Shown: positions 1 to 8,838 of the stretch, in pieces
Position numbering within the stretch: position 1 is the first letter of the stretch
How the letters are laid out: each line of letters starts with the position of its first letter
Source: Candidatus Latescibacterota bacterium
Lineage (GTDB): Bacteria > Latescibacterota > UBA2968 > GCA-2709665
DNA: 50,311 bases
Assembly: GCA_963662665.2 (NCBI GenBank)
Contig: CAXXJS010000026.1
Span: 1 to 50,311, forward strand
Direction: 5' to 3'
Notes under the pieces: model-generated
Seen by the model: only the letters and a program-made list of their open reading frames with translations
What the model was told of the DNA's origin: nothing
Database searches by the model: none
Program-made: the position numbers and the translations under genes

Positions 1-1373
1 TAGTTCTTCCAGGTTCGTTTTGGTGGCGCAACCGCGTCGATGTGACGTTCTTCGCCAGGATAGATTTTGGCCAGGTATTTGTTGAATTTCTTCGCGTATG
101 GCGCCAGCAGGTTGTTTTCATAGTTATTGGTCGACCAGTTCGGGTTGATAAAAGTACCGTGCGAGAAACTGGCGATCTGGTCCGTTTCACTCGAAAGGTC
201 AAATCCTACAAACAGGCGGAAGTCGATCTTCTGTTCGTCAGGAATCAACTCACGGAAGTGGTCGCTTTCCCTGGAATGCCTGAAAAGGAAGTCGTTGACG
301 CCGGCCAGGCCCTGGAAGTGGGAACCTGTCACCAGAAACTTGATCGTGTAACGTGGCAGCCGCGGCAATTGAGAGGAAGACTCCAGCCACGAATTGTCTT
401 TCAACGCCGCCGCAACTTCAAGAAGGGCGGCAAGCCCGGTGGCATTCTCCGCACCCGGGGCCAACGCCGGCACAACGGAAATGGCGTCGTAGAACGAACT
501 CAGGACAACCATTTCGTCCTTCCACTTCCGTTCTTCACGCTCCGTGACAAATTCGTCGGAGCCGGGAAGGGTGGCGTATATGTTCCACGTGGGGACCTTT
601 TCCCAGTCCATTCTGGACGTCATTCTCACAAGGGCGGCGTTGGACGCCGCGAGTGCGGCGAGACGGTCCGCGTCGACTTTCTCCACCCAGTACCTGGGCA
701 CGTCCACCGGTACCTGCAGGAGTTTCTCCTGGGCCTGTCCTCTGCTCACGCCTCCCTTGTCATAGAAGATGATGGCCTGTGCGCCAAGCATGCGCGGGTT
801 GAGATAGTTCTGACCGCAATCGAATTCCATCAACGCGATGCTTTTCGCCACCGGTTTCGAATTCAGCGCCTTGAAGGACCCATCCCCCGCGTCGATCAAC
901 GCGCCGGTAACGCCGCCGTCCGGCAGTGACGGCGTTTGGACGTGATTGGGCCAAAGACCATACAGCCGGATCGTGTCTCCGGTTTCCAGGACCTCCAGGG
1001 AAGCTCCCTTGTCGATCGGCACGGTAACGTGGTGTTCCTCAACCGTGATATCATTGAGACCCAGCGCCTCGAAACGGTGTTTGACGTATTCGAAGGCCTT
1101 CCTGTGCCCGGGGTACCCCGGTACTCGGGATCCCATCGCGGCCAGAGCGGATATGGTTTCCTGGAGACTCGCCTCCGAGACCTGATTGGCGAATTCCTTC
1201 ATGCGTTCATCTCTCAGGGAGGGTTTCTCCACACGCAACTGCGGAACGCTGGGCTTGATATTGAAAACACGAATAAAAAAGTCGGTTACCTGCCCCGGGT
1301 TGAACACGGTAACCGACGAAAGCATAAAAATCGCGATCAGCCACAGAATCGCGCCGCCGAGTTTACGCAGCAT
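1..1373 (-). CDS. Membrane-anchored protein with a PA-like plus M28 peptidase-fold ectodomain (nicalin/nicastrin-like); runs off the window edge, probably the N-terminus of a large M28-FtsX permease fusion
   Basis: Missing from the ORF track because it is open at the edge. Hand translation from ATG 1373 (AGGAG at 1380-1384) is open to base 1: MLRKLGGAILWLIAIFMLSS (TM/signal), GSRVPGYPGHRKA, WNIYATLPG, VVLSSFYDAISVVPALAPGAENATGLAALLE, FLVTGSHFQGLAG, FVGFDLSS. The FtsX C-terminus is inferred, not seen. Confidence 0.85.
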   Translation of the reverse strand, partial: MLRKLGGAILWLIAIFMLSSVTVFNPGQVTDFFIRVFNIKPSVPQLRVEKPSLRDERMKEFANQVSEASLQETISALAAMGSRVPGYPGHRKAFEYVKHRFEALGLNDITVEEHHVTVPIDKGASLEVLETGDTIRLYGLWPNHVQTPSLPDGGVTGALIDAGDGSFKALNSKPVAKSIALMEFDCGQNYLNPRMLGAQAIIFYDKGGVSRGQAQEKLLQVPVDVPRYWVEKVDADRLAALAASNAALVRMTSRMDWEKVPTWNIYATLPGSDEFVTEREERKWKDEMVVLSSFYDAISVVPALAPGAENATGLAALLEVAAALKDNSWLESSSQLPRLPRYTIKFLVTGSHFQGLAGVNDFLFRHSRESDHFRELIPDEQKIDFRLFVGFDLSSETDQIASFSHGTFINPNWSTNNYENNLLAPYAKKFNKYLAKIYPGEERHIDAVAPPKRTWKN

Positions 1374-1594
1374 CGTTAACTCCTGAATCTAGTGTAACTC
1401 AATTTTCGTTTCGGCCGCCTTGACCCATTCGGCGCTTGTAGTCAGCAAAGTACACGACAACTGCCGCGGTGACGCCAGGTCGGCATTCCGACGCGTCGGC
1501 TCGATCACAGCCAGAACGAGCATAAAACGCAATGCGAACGGGCGCCGACGGTCAGGTTCGAAATCCTGGCCGTCCCGGGGTACAACAAAATTTG

Positions 1595-1623
1595 GATATA
1601 ATAAATAAGGAAACTGTTGTCAA
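1595..1623 (-). promoter_or_regulatory. Putative sigma70 promoter for the M28-like gene
   Basis: Minus strand TTGACA-17 nt-TATATC in an AT-rich divergent intergenic region. Confidence 0.45.
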
Positions 1624-1809
1624 GGCATTTTCCATTGCTCTAATCATCTGATTTTTCTGGCCTTCGCGGCTCCTGCCATCGGTATCCGCAGACCCGAAAC
1701 AAGAAAAACGCTTGCGCCCGAACCCGCTTTTTTTATATTGGTGATCCGTTTTAACGGCCGGTTAAACAGGCTTACTGATCCTACTCTCTCCCGAAAGGAG
1801 ATGTACCTT

Positions 1810-2670
1810 ATGACACGGTACCCTCCCCGCATCTTGCACCTGATCACAATTACAGTTGCCGCACTCGGGCTTTCTTCCTGCGGTGGGCCCGAAAAAAAAA
1901 TTGAGCAAAAGCTCGCGGCGAACGTCCTCTTTTTTGCCAATTTCGACGACAGATCCCGTTTCGAGGCGCTTACGAAGAAGAAGGGCACGGTCGCTGCGAT
2001 GGAGACGAGCAGCCCGCCCCGGCATGAGTTTACCGGCGGAAAAGAGGACGGTTTCGTTTCGTTCGCAAACGGCGCGACCTATCTCAGCTATCAGGCCAAA
2101 GACAATTTCCCGTACGGTGCCGGTAACCCATGGTCCGGCGGGGTCTCTTTCTGGTTGAGTGTAGATCCCAACGGCGACTTCAAGGAGAAATTTCCCGAGC
2201 CCTTCTCTATAGGGAAGAAGTGGGACGACGCGGTCATCTTCGTAGACTTCGCAAAGAGCCGGAAGGATCGTCCTCCAAGCGCGCTGCGCTTCGGGGTTTA
2301 TCCCGACAAATCGCAGAAAGTCGAGGAAGGACTGGTCAAACAGTGGACGATCCGTTATGAGAAACTCAACTGGAAATCCGATCAATGGCACCACATTGTC
2401 GTTACATGGTCAAATATCAACAGCGGCAACGCCGATGCCGAATACGCACTATTCATTGACGGCGAGGAAATTGGCCGGAAGAAGAATATTAAACGTGACA
2501 TTTCCTGGAACATGGAAGACATGTCCATCCGATTCAATAATTATAAGACCGCCTATTCCGGAAAGATCGATGAAATCGCCATCTTCAATACCATGCTCGA
2601 TCCGGCCGACGTCATCTATCTCTACAAGCCCAAGCGACCGTTGAATATTCTCCTGAAGAAGGACAGATAG
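1810..2670 (+). CDS. LamG/concanavalin A-like jellyroll lipoprotein
   Basis: Lipobox LSSC; LamG hallmarks GVSFW, DQWHHIVVTW, LFIDG, YSGKIDEIAIFNTML; AAGGAG at 1795-1800 favours ATG 1810 over the track start 1738. Confidence 0.85.
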   Translation: MTRYPPRILHLITITVAALGLSSCGGPEKKIEQKLAANVLFFANFDDRSRFEALTKKKGTVAAMETSSPPRHEFTGGKEDGFVSFANGATYLSYQAKDNFPYGAGNPWSGGVSFWLSVDPNGDFKEKFPEPFSIGKKWDDAVIFVDFAKSRKDRPPSALRFGVYPDKSQKVEEGLVKQWTIRYEKLNWKSDQWHHIVVTWSNINSGNADAEYALFIDGEEIGRKKNIKRDISWNMEDMSIRFNNYKTAYSGKIDEIAIFNTMLDPADVIYLYKPKRPLNILLKKDR

Positions 2671-2915
2671 GCGCTAGCCGGCGATCCGATTCCCCGGTTC
2701 GATACCGCAGTATGGCCGATCCGTCAGCGGCGACAGGGCCTAGTCTGCCGCACGCCAATACCGGATTCCTCCACCAGGTCCCGTTGAATTATGCCACGTC
2801 GGCATCGTAAATGCGGGCGCTCACCCCGGCTATGAAATCTTCGTTCGGCCTCGGCGGGGTTGATTCGACGTCGGGTGTCAATTAACGTCCCCGAAAAATG
2901 ACGAATCAAGGTTAG

Positions 2916-3075
2916 CAGCCCGTTGAAAAAGTCCATCCGGACTGCGGCCGGCTCTCGTGGCCGAAATACTTCGTTGCGCTCACTCCTCGAATCCCCCGAT
3001 TTGACTCGGTCGCGCGCCTTGTTTTCGGTCACGATGGCTCGGCCTCGCCTGCAGAGCGACTTTATCAACGGACTG
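2916..3075. mobile_element. 160-bp non-autonomous MITE (IS5/IS1182-like ends) with TTAG target duplication
   Basis: TIRs cagcccgttgaaaaagtc and revcomp cagtccgttgataaagtc (16/18); TTAG at 2912-2915 and 3076-3079; internal inverted repeat tcgtggccgaaa/tttcggtcacga. Confidence 0.8.
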
Positions 3076-3095
3076 TTAGACGTTCGACCCCCGGA

Positions 3096-4271
3096 GTGCC
3101 AGTGTTATCCAGTCTGATCTTTCTTGTTACTCTTGGCATGGGTTGGTTGGGAAGCCCCGTCCGCGGTGCTGAAAGCGTGGGAAATGAAGCTGAACTGGCT
3201 CATTTTCGGCGCCTGGTCAACGTCCGCCCGGAAGACATCCAGGCGAATGTTCACTACCAGGACCTGATGCTCGAGTCTGACAGGCGCCTGGAGTTGCTTG
3301 CGGAATATCAAAGGCGCCTGCAGGCCAGACCCGGGTCGGCCGTCGGTCTCTACCTGTATGGGCGTCTGCTGACCCGTCCGGATGAGCGCCTTGTCTATCT
3401 GAAACGGTCGATACGAGCCGACCCCGAAATCTTTCAGGCGAGGGTCGACCTGGGCAGAACCTACTACCACAAAGGAAATTATGACTCAGCCCTGGCGCAA
3501 TATAAAGCCGCTCTGGAACGCAGACCCGGGTCGGCATTTGTGCGAAATCTGATGGGTCTGGCCTATTACCATAAAGGATACGCCGATCAGGCTATTGCTG
3601 AATACAGGCGGGCGGTCAAGCTCAACGACAAGTACACGGACGCCTACCTTAATCTGGGCCTTACTTATATATATACTGGGAAGACGGACAAGGCCGTTGA
3701 AATCTATGAACGGGCGCTCCGGTTCCAGTCCGAGGCCGCGGATCGGCGATATATTTACAGAAATCTGGGCATGGCGTATGCGCAGGAAGGGAATCTCGGC
3801 AAAGCGCGGACCGCATACCTGAAGGCCCTGGAGATCGATCCCGGTTACGGCGAAGCGTATGTCAGCCTGGGTAACCTTGCATTCAACCGTGGGGATTTCA
3901 AAGGCGCCGTCAATACTTATGGTCAAGCGATTGCCGCGGGGGCCGACGACGCTTCGGTCTATCTTAAATTGGGTGTGTCGTACTTCAACATTCGCAATTA
4001 CGACAACGCCATCAGGAATCTGCAAAACGCGGTAAAGGTCGACTCCCTTCAGACAGACGCCTACTATTACCTGGGTCTGGCCTGCTTTCGAGACGGTCGC
4101 CACGAAAGCGCCCGGGAGGCGCTTGAAACTTACGTGCGCAAGGAGAAACGCATTTCGAAAAACTCCGTCGTGTTCGATGCAAAACAGCTTCTCGACGACC
4201 TGAATCGCCTCAGGATAAGATCATCCATTCCGGGTGCCCAGAAAAAGAAACAGGATCCCATTGGCGAATAG
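3096..4271 (+). CDS. Secreted/periplasmic tetratricopeptide-repeat protein
   Basis: Signal peptide and about 8 TPR units (LGRTYYHKGNYDSALAQYKAAL, AYLNLGLTY, AYVSLGNLAF); start may be GTG 3102. Confidence 0.9.
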   Translation: MPVLSSLIFLVTLGMGWLGSPVRGAESVGNEAELAHFRRLVNVRPEDIQANVHYQDLMLESDRRLELLAEYQRRLQARPGSAVGLYLYGRLLTRPDERLVYLKRSIRADPEIFQARVDLGRTYYHKGNYDSALAQYKAALERRPGSAFVRNLMGLAYYHKGYADQAIAEYRRAVKLNDKYTDAYLNLGLTYIYTGKTDKAVEIYERALRFQSEAADRRYIYRNLGMAYAQEGNLGKARTAYLKALEIDPGYGEAYVSLGNLAFNRGDFKGAVNTYGQAIAAGADDASVYLKLGVSYFNIRNYDNAIRNLQNAVKVDSLQTDAYYYLGLACFRDGRHESAREALETYVRKEKRISKNSVVFDAKQLLDDLNRLRIRSSIPGAQKKKQDPIGE

Positions 4272-4457
4272 CCCGCTTACCATTCCGCTCTTAAAGATCT
4301 CACCTACCGTCTCAAACTCTCCGAAAAACGCGACGATCAGGGTCGACAGAACCAATGGCGTCACCGGCGTCCAGCGTCCGGGAACGCCAAACCATCGAAA
4401 CAGCAACGCCCCCAGAACCGAAAGCGCAGCCACACCCAGCTGGTTTTCAAAACCCAT
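4221..4457 (-). CDS. Small membrane protein, holin-like (78 aa)
   Basis: Strong RBS ACAGGAGGAATCC before ATG; 2-3 hydrophobic segments; G-V-P-x-R-W-x-P and G-x3-GL-x-A-x-G pattern reminiscent of small phage holins; overlaps the TPR gene 3' end by 51 bp. Confidence 0.7.
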   Translation of the reverse strand: MGFENQLGVAALSVLGALLFRWFGVPGRWTPVTPLVLSTLIVAFFGEFETVGEIFKSGMVSGLFANGILFLFLGTRNG

Positions 4458-4931
4458 GGATTCCTCCTGTAGACTCTGGCAATCCCGACAACCTGCAATG
4501 GGTACGGTTATCTTTAGTACATATGGAATATTTACCAGTGAATTAGCGACTTGGACAACTGACGGACTTCCACGTCGGAGCCTCGATTTGACACACGAAT
4601 CTTTGCCGGTCCCGATCCATCGCGCCGGCGCCGTTTATGGTCAAATGGCGGAGTGCCCGCAATATACCGCCTGCGCACGGGGTACGCAACCGCAAAGGGT
4701 GGATTGCCGAATTGGAGGAACCCGCATCAACCGGTCTGATGACACGGATTAAACTTGACGTGATTCGTCTTTGGCCCTCGACTTCGTTCGCCCGGTACCA
4801 CACCCTGCCGTTCTCGGCAATTCAGGTCGATGTTATTCTCGCCGGACGAGGGGTGACTTCCATCCCTGAAATGACCTTCAAACGGTGAATCCACTTACCG
4901 TCTGCAGCGGCGAAATTTCTAGAGAAATCGC

Positions 4932-4960
4932 TTGACTTTGATGAACTTAAGATGTATCTT
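4932..4960 (+). promoter_or_regulatory. Sigma70 promoter of the DUF4398/L,D-transpeptidase operon
   Basis: TTGACT-17 nt-TATCTT, 100 bp upstream of ATG 5060. Confidence 0.65.
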
Positions 4961-5059
4961 GTTGCTGTATCAGTGCATTAACTGTTTGCTGTTCCGGAAA
5001 TGGTTATTTCTGTTTGACTTGCCGCCAACATTAGAGGTCTTATCAACCAAGGAGGGGAG

Positions 5060-5662
5060 ATGCGATCTGTCCTGAAAATCGGCCTTGTTCTCTGTTTTGC
5101 CGCGGCTTTTGTTGCATGCGAACAACCTCCCGAAGAGGAAATCAAAGCCGCTGAAGGCGCCCTCAGCAAGGCCAAGGCCGCAGAGGCCGACGTCTACGCC
5201 GAGGAGATTTTCCGTTCGGCCACGAATACCCTTAAGGATGCCAAAGACAAAGTAGAACAAGGCGAATACACGGAGGCCAGAGCCGCTGCGATCGAGGCTG
5301 AGGAACGCGCGAACCAGTCCGTGTCCCAGGCGGAAACAAACAAGGCCAAAACACGCGACGACGCTCAGGCAATCATCGATTCGGCGTCTCCCAGCCTGGC
5401 GGAAGCCAGGGAAGCTCTCAGCGCTGCGCCCCGTGGCAAGGGTGCCGATGAAGATCTTGATCAACTCGATGCCGACCTTGGCGAGGCCGAAGCGTCGCTG
5501 AATAGTGCCAAGGGCAGCATCGAAAACGGCATGTTCAAAGATGCTCTGGCTCAGGCCCAGGCCGCGGAAGGAAAACTGGGCGGGGTGCAGGACGCCGTCA
5601 ATACCGCAATGCAGAAAATCGAAGATTGGAAAGAGGAAAACAAAGCCTGGTATCTGCGTTAG
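5060..5662 (+). CDS. Alanine-rich coiled-coil lipoprotein, DUF4398-like
   Basis: RBS AAGGAGG; lipobox FVAC; PEEEIKAAEGALSKAKAAEADVYA..F..A pattern; helical Ala-rich sequence. Confidence 0.85.
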   Translation: MRSVLKIGLVLCFAAAFVACEQPPEEEIKAAEGALSKAKAAEADVYAEEIFRSATNTLKDAKDKVEQGEYTEARAAAIEAEERANQSVSQAETNKAKTRDDAQAIIDSASPSLAEAREALSAAPRGKGADEDLDQLDADLGEAEASLNSAKGSIENGMFKDALAQAQAAEGKLGGVQDAVNTAMQKIEDWKEENKAWYLR

Positions 5663-5697
5663 CTCTTCGCAGTTTTGTTATATTCCATATCTTAATT

Positions 5698-5745
5698 AAA
5701 ACTGGAAAACCGAGAAGCCTGCGCTCTTCTCGGTTTTCCAGTTTT
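5698..5745 (+). terminator. Perfect 20-bp stem-loop (terminator or mRNA stabiliser)
   Basis: aaaactggaaaaccgagaag-cctgcgct-cttctcggttttccagtttt. Confidence 0.8.
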
Positions 5746-5758
5746 AGGTACGGATTGC

Positions 5759-6385
5759 ATGCGCCGGTTTACCTTTATTCTGTTCCTGCCTCTGGTGGCC
5801 GCAGCGGCGTGCCAGACGCGTCCACCGGAGGTCAAGAACCGGAGTTTCGAGCCGAAGGCCGCCTCTGCTCCTTCTTCCGCCGCAAGACATCTTGCCCTGG
5901 ATATAGAAAGGTTGGAGGCAGACCTTGATGATTTACTGGATCAAGAGCCGCATATTGTAATCGACACGGTCCATAACCGCCTGCAGGTCTGGCACCGAAA
6001 CCGTCTGTTGGAGGAGGCGGTCTGCGCGACCGGAAGCGGAAAGATTCTCTTGAGCGGCAAGCGGAAAATGTGGCGGTTCAACACACCCAAAGGGCGATTC
6101 GAAATCCGGCGAAAGGTGGTGAATCCAATATGGAAGAAGCCGGAATGGGCCTTTGTGGAGGCAGGCATGGAGGCGCCGGTTCTTCCGTGGGATTTCTCAC
6201 GCCTGGATCCGGTCACGCTGGGTGCATACGCTCTGGAGTTGGGCGACGGTTACGAAATCCACGGCAACCTCTACCCGAATCTCATCGGACGAAACATAAC
6301 GCATGGGTGCATTCGCCTGAACGACGCGGACCTGGAGGCCACATTCGCCCGGGCGCAGACAGGAAGCCGCGTCTACATCTATTGA
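5759..6385 (+). CDS. L,D-transpeptidase (YkuD family) lipoprotein
   Basis: Lipobox AAAC; TPKGRFEI, NPIW, catalytic YEIHG...THGCIRL. Confidence 0.92.
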   Translation: MRRFTFILFLPLVAAAACQTRPPEVKNRSFEPKAASAPSSAARHLALDIERLEADLDDLLDQEPHIVIDTVHNRLQVWHRNRLLEEAVCATGSGKILLSGKRKMWRFNTPKGRFEIRRKVVNPIWKKPEWAFVEAGMEAPVLPWDFSRLDPVTLGAYALELGDGYEIHGNLYPNLIGRNITHGCIRLNDADLEATFARAQTGSRVYIY

Positions 6386-6963
6386 TTCTTCCCCTTGCCA
6401 TCACCGTCGCGTTGTCAATGCCGTCTCCCGCGGCGAGTGCGCCGGACGAACCTGACTCGCTCGAGCAAGTTCTCCTTAACAGAAAACATGCCCTGGAACT
6501 CGAACTCTGCTTTGCGAGAAAGAATCCCAACGCCTACTATCTCATAATCGACCTGCCTATACGCAAGGTTTATCTCAAAGCCGGCGCCCACATTTTAAGA
6601 TCCTGCGCAGTCCAGAAAACCCGGCTTACAGGAGCATTGGGACGCTCGCCTTCGAAACTCCAGCTGATCGCCCGGCTCGCCCCGGTCAGCACCGAACCCG
6701 GCAATGCAGGACTCAGACTTCGAGGCCGCCGTTTACCGCTCGATTTCAGCGGTCGGCTGATTGAGGGTCCCCGCGGTCGTTCCAGGCTGTATTTTTCTCC
6801 TGCCCTGCTCATCCAGCCGCACGGATTTCCCGTACCCGCCAGGACCGGCGCCATCGTCCTGGATTCGTCCGACATAAAAGCACTGGATTCCGCGCTCCAC
6901 CCGGGAAGCACCGCAATACTCATCCCAACAACCGAATTCATACCCGACGAGTCTTTCCCGTGA
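6382..6963 (+). CDS. Secreted protein resembling a degenerate L,D-transpeptidase
   Basis: TTG start overlapping the upstream TGA (TTGA); signal peptide; YYLIIDLPIRKVYLK like the YkuD first strands; C-terminal TGAIVLDSSDIKAL..L.PGS aligns with HGCIRLNDADLEA but has no His/Cys. Confidence 0.7.
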   Translation: MILPLAITVALSMPSPAASAPDEPDSLEQVLLNRKHALELELCFARKNPNAYYLIIDLPIRKVYLKAGAHILRSCAVQKTRLTGALGRSPSKLQLIARLAPVSTEPGNAGLRLRGRRLPLDFSGRLIEGPRGRSRLYFSPALLIQPHGFPVPARTGAIVLDSSDIKALDSALHPGSTAILIPTTEFIPDESFP

Positions 6964-7907
6964 AGCAGTTTCTCCTCGCGATTCTCACGCTGGTACTATC
7001 GCGGCCCTTACCGGTTCCGGCGCAAACCGATTCCCGTTATTCTGAAGACCCTCTGCTGCTCGGCGCGGGCGCAAGATCTCTAGGGATGGGAAGCGCTTTT
7101 GTGGCCATCAGCGACGATGCCACCGCGATCTACTGGAATCCGGCGGGCCTTCAGCGGCTGCGCCAAAATGAATTGCAGATTCAGCATGCAGAGCAGTTCG
7201 GCGGAACGGTCAATCATGACGTCTTCACCTTGTGCGGTCCGTCTCCGCTGGGTGGCTTCGGGGTCGGTCTCACGCGCCTGGGTGTTGACGGTGTCAAGAT
7301 AACTACCCTCGAAAACCCGGCGCTTTCGCCGGGTCCGGATAACCGTCCCGTCGTATCCCGTGTCGCCGGTACAACGGAATACCACCTTCACCTTGCCTTT
7401 GGCCGCGGCCTGACGTCGAACCTGTTCGCGGGAACGGGGGTGAAGCTCGTATCCCGCAGGCTCGGTGTTGGTACGGGTTCGGGATTTGGAATTGATTTTG
7501 GCATGCTCTATTTGCCCCGGCCGGACCTGACGGGGGGACTGATGGTTCGCAACCTCATTCCCATAAAGATCACCTTCGACACAGGTACTTCGGACCGCGT
7601 TCCACCCGTCATTGTCCTTGGTGTTGCTCTGGCACGACCGGTTGCGGCGGTTCACGGACTGATCACGTGTAGCGGAAGTGTCAGCGTCGGTGAGGAAGAA
7701 TCCGCGGAGGAAGATTTACAGGGTGTTCGTGTTGGCGTAGAATACCTTTACCGGAACATGCTGGCATTTCGTCTGGGTGCAAGGGGAAGTCACTTTACCG
7801 CAGGCGCGGGCATCCGACTCCGCGGACGCGTTGCATTCGACCTCGCCTTTCTGGAACACGGCGATCTGGATAACACCTACCGCATCTCGGGTTCGCTGTA
7901 TTTCTGA
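6960..7907 (+). CDS. PorV/PorQ (UPF0164) family outer-membrane beta-barrel
   Basis: GAGARSLGMGSAFVAISDDATAIYWNPAGL signature; C-terminal YRISGSLYF. Confidence 0.88.
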   Translation: MKQFLLAILTLVLSRPLPVPAQTDSRYSEDPLLLGAGARSLGMGSAFVAISDDATAIYWNPAGLQRLRQNELQIQHAEQFGGTVNHDVFTLCGPSPLGGFGVGLTRLGVDGVKITTLENPALSPGPDNRPVVSRVAGTTEYHLHLAFGRGLTSNLFAGTGVKLVSRRLGVGTGSGFGIDFGMLYLPRPDLTGGLMVRNLIPIKITFDTGTSDRVPPVIVLGVALARPVAAVHGLITCSGSVSVGEEESAEEDLQGVRVGVEYLYRNMLAFRLGARGSHFTAGAGIRLRGRVAFDLAFLEHGDLDNTYRISGSLYF

Positions 7908-7923
7908 ATCCAGGATAAATTCA

Positions 7924-8814
7924 ATGCGAAGCGCCACCAATTTCAGATCCGGATTCATCGCCATCGCCGGAAGAGCCAACGTGGGAAAATCCACGCTCTT
8001 TAATCTTCTCGTCGGCGAACGCCTGTCCATTGTCACCGCCAAACCCCAGACCACCCGGCATCGGGTATTGGGCATCCTGACGTCGCGTGCGTCTCAGATG
8101 ATCTTTCTTGATACGCCCGGATTGCTTCAACCCGGCTGCGGCCTGCACGAGCGTATGTGCGATCAGATAAGGCGGTCCATCAGCGACGCCGATGTATTTC
8201 TCGGTGTGATCGACGCCGCGGACTTCAAAGGCACCTTCGACCAGGAAATACGTGAAGTGCTGCGCCGGGTCAGGAGCCCGCGCATCGTCGCGGTTAACAA
8301 ATCCGACCTGGTCTCCACTGCCCAGGCACAGCGATGCGTCGATACCGTCAGGAAGGAAGCCGTGGTTCAGGAGGTCCTCCCGATTTCCGCCCATACCGGT
8401 GACAATGTCGAACAGCTACATGCCGCGCTTGAACAGGCACTGCCCTTGGGTCCCGAATACTATCCCGAGGACATGCTCACCGAGCACCCGGAGCGGTTTT
8501 TTGTGGGAGAACTCATCCGGGAGGAAGTTTTCCTGCAACTCCGGCAGGAACTACCCTACGCCACGGCGGTCAAATTGGAGGCGTTTCGCGAAGGCAGCCC
8601 CAGGACCTATATCCGGGCGAGTCTTGTCGTCGAGCGAAATTCGCAGAAAGGTATCGTCATCGGCGGAAATGGCAAAACGCTCAAATCCATCGGCAGAATT
8701 GCACGGGGTAAGATAGAGGCCTTCCTGAACACCCCGGTTTATTTGGACCTGCGAGTGAAAGTTCACCAGAATTGGCGGAAGAAAGAACGGGCCCTGCGCG
8801 GATTCGGATACTGA
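7924..8814 (+). CDS. era: GTPase Era
   Basis: G1 GRANVGKST, G2 KPQTTR, G3 DTPG, G4 NKSD, KH region QELPY...SQKGIVIG; start at ATG 7924 (MRSATNFRSGF). Confidence 0.97.
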   Translation: MRSATNFRSGFIAIAGRANVGKSTLFNLLVGERLSIVTAKPQTTRHRVLGILTSRASQMIFLDTPGLLQPGCGLHERMCDQIRRSISDADVFLGVIDAADFKGTFDQEIREVLRRVRSPRIVAVNKSDLVSTAQAQRCVDTVRKEAVVQEVLPISAHTGDNVEQLHAALEQALPLGPEYYPEDMLTEHPERFFVGELIREEVFLQLRQELPYATAVKLEAFREGSPRTYIRASLVVERNSQKGIVIGGNGKTLKSIGRIARGKIEAFLNTPVYLDLRVKVHQNWRKKERALRGFGY

Positions 8815-8838
8815 ACGTCGATTCCAACGAGAGCCATT

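Noticed and set aside
42-1379. Plus-strand ORFs 42..929 and 936..1379
   Set aside because: Antisense shadows of the minus-strand M28-like gene; no motifs or RBS.
4540-4900. Possible riboswitch, ncRNA or small ORFs between the holin-like gene and the DUF4398 promoter
   Set aside because: Fragments such as cgcaaag and ttgccgaa do not assemble into a c-di-GMP or other known fold; the ORFs lack RBS and motifs. Left unannotated.
6070-6381. Long N-terminal extensions in the ORF track (also starts 7777, 14821, 18828, 30081, 46796)
   Set aside because: They overlap neighbouring genes or intergenic DNA; downstream starts fit RBS, signal peptides and family N-termini better.
4221-6385. Prophage lysis cassette (holin-like gene plus peptidoglycan enzyme)
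   Set aside because: The genes are divergent, the enzyme is a lipoprotein transpeptidase rather than an endolysin, and no phage genes are present.
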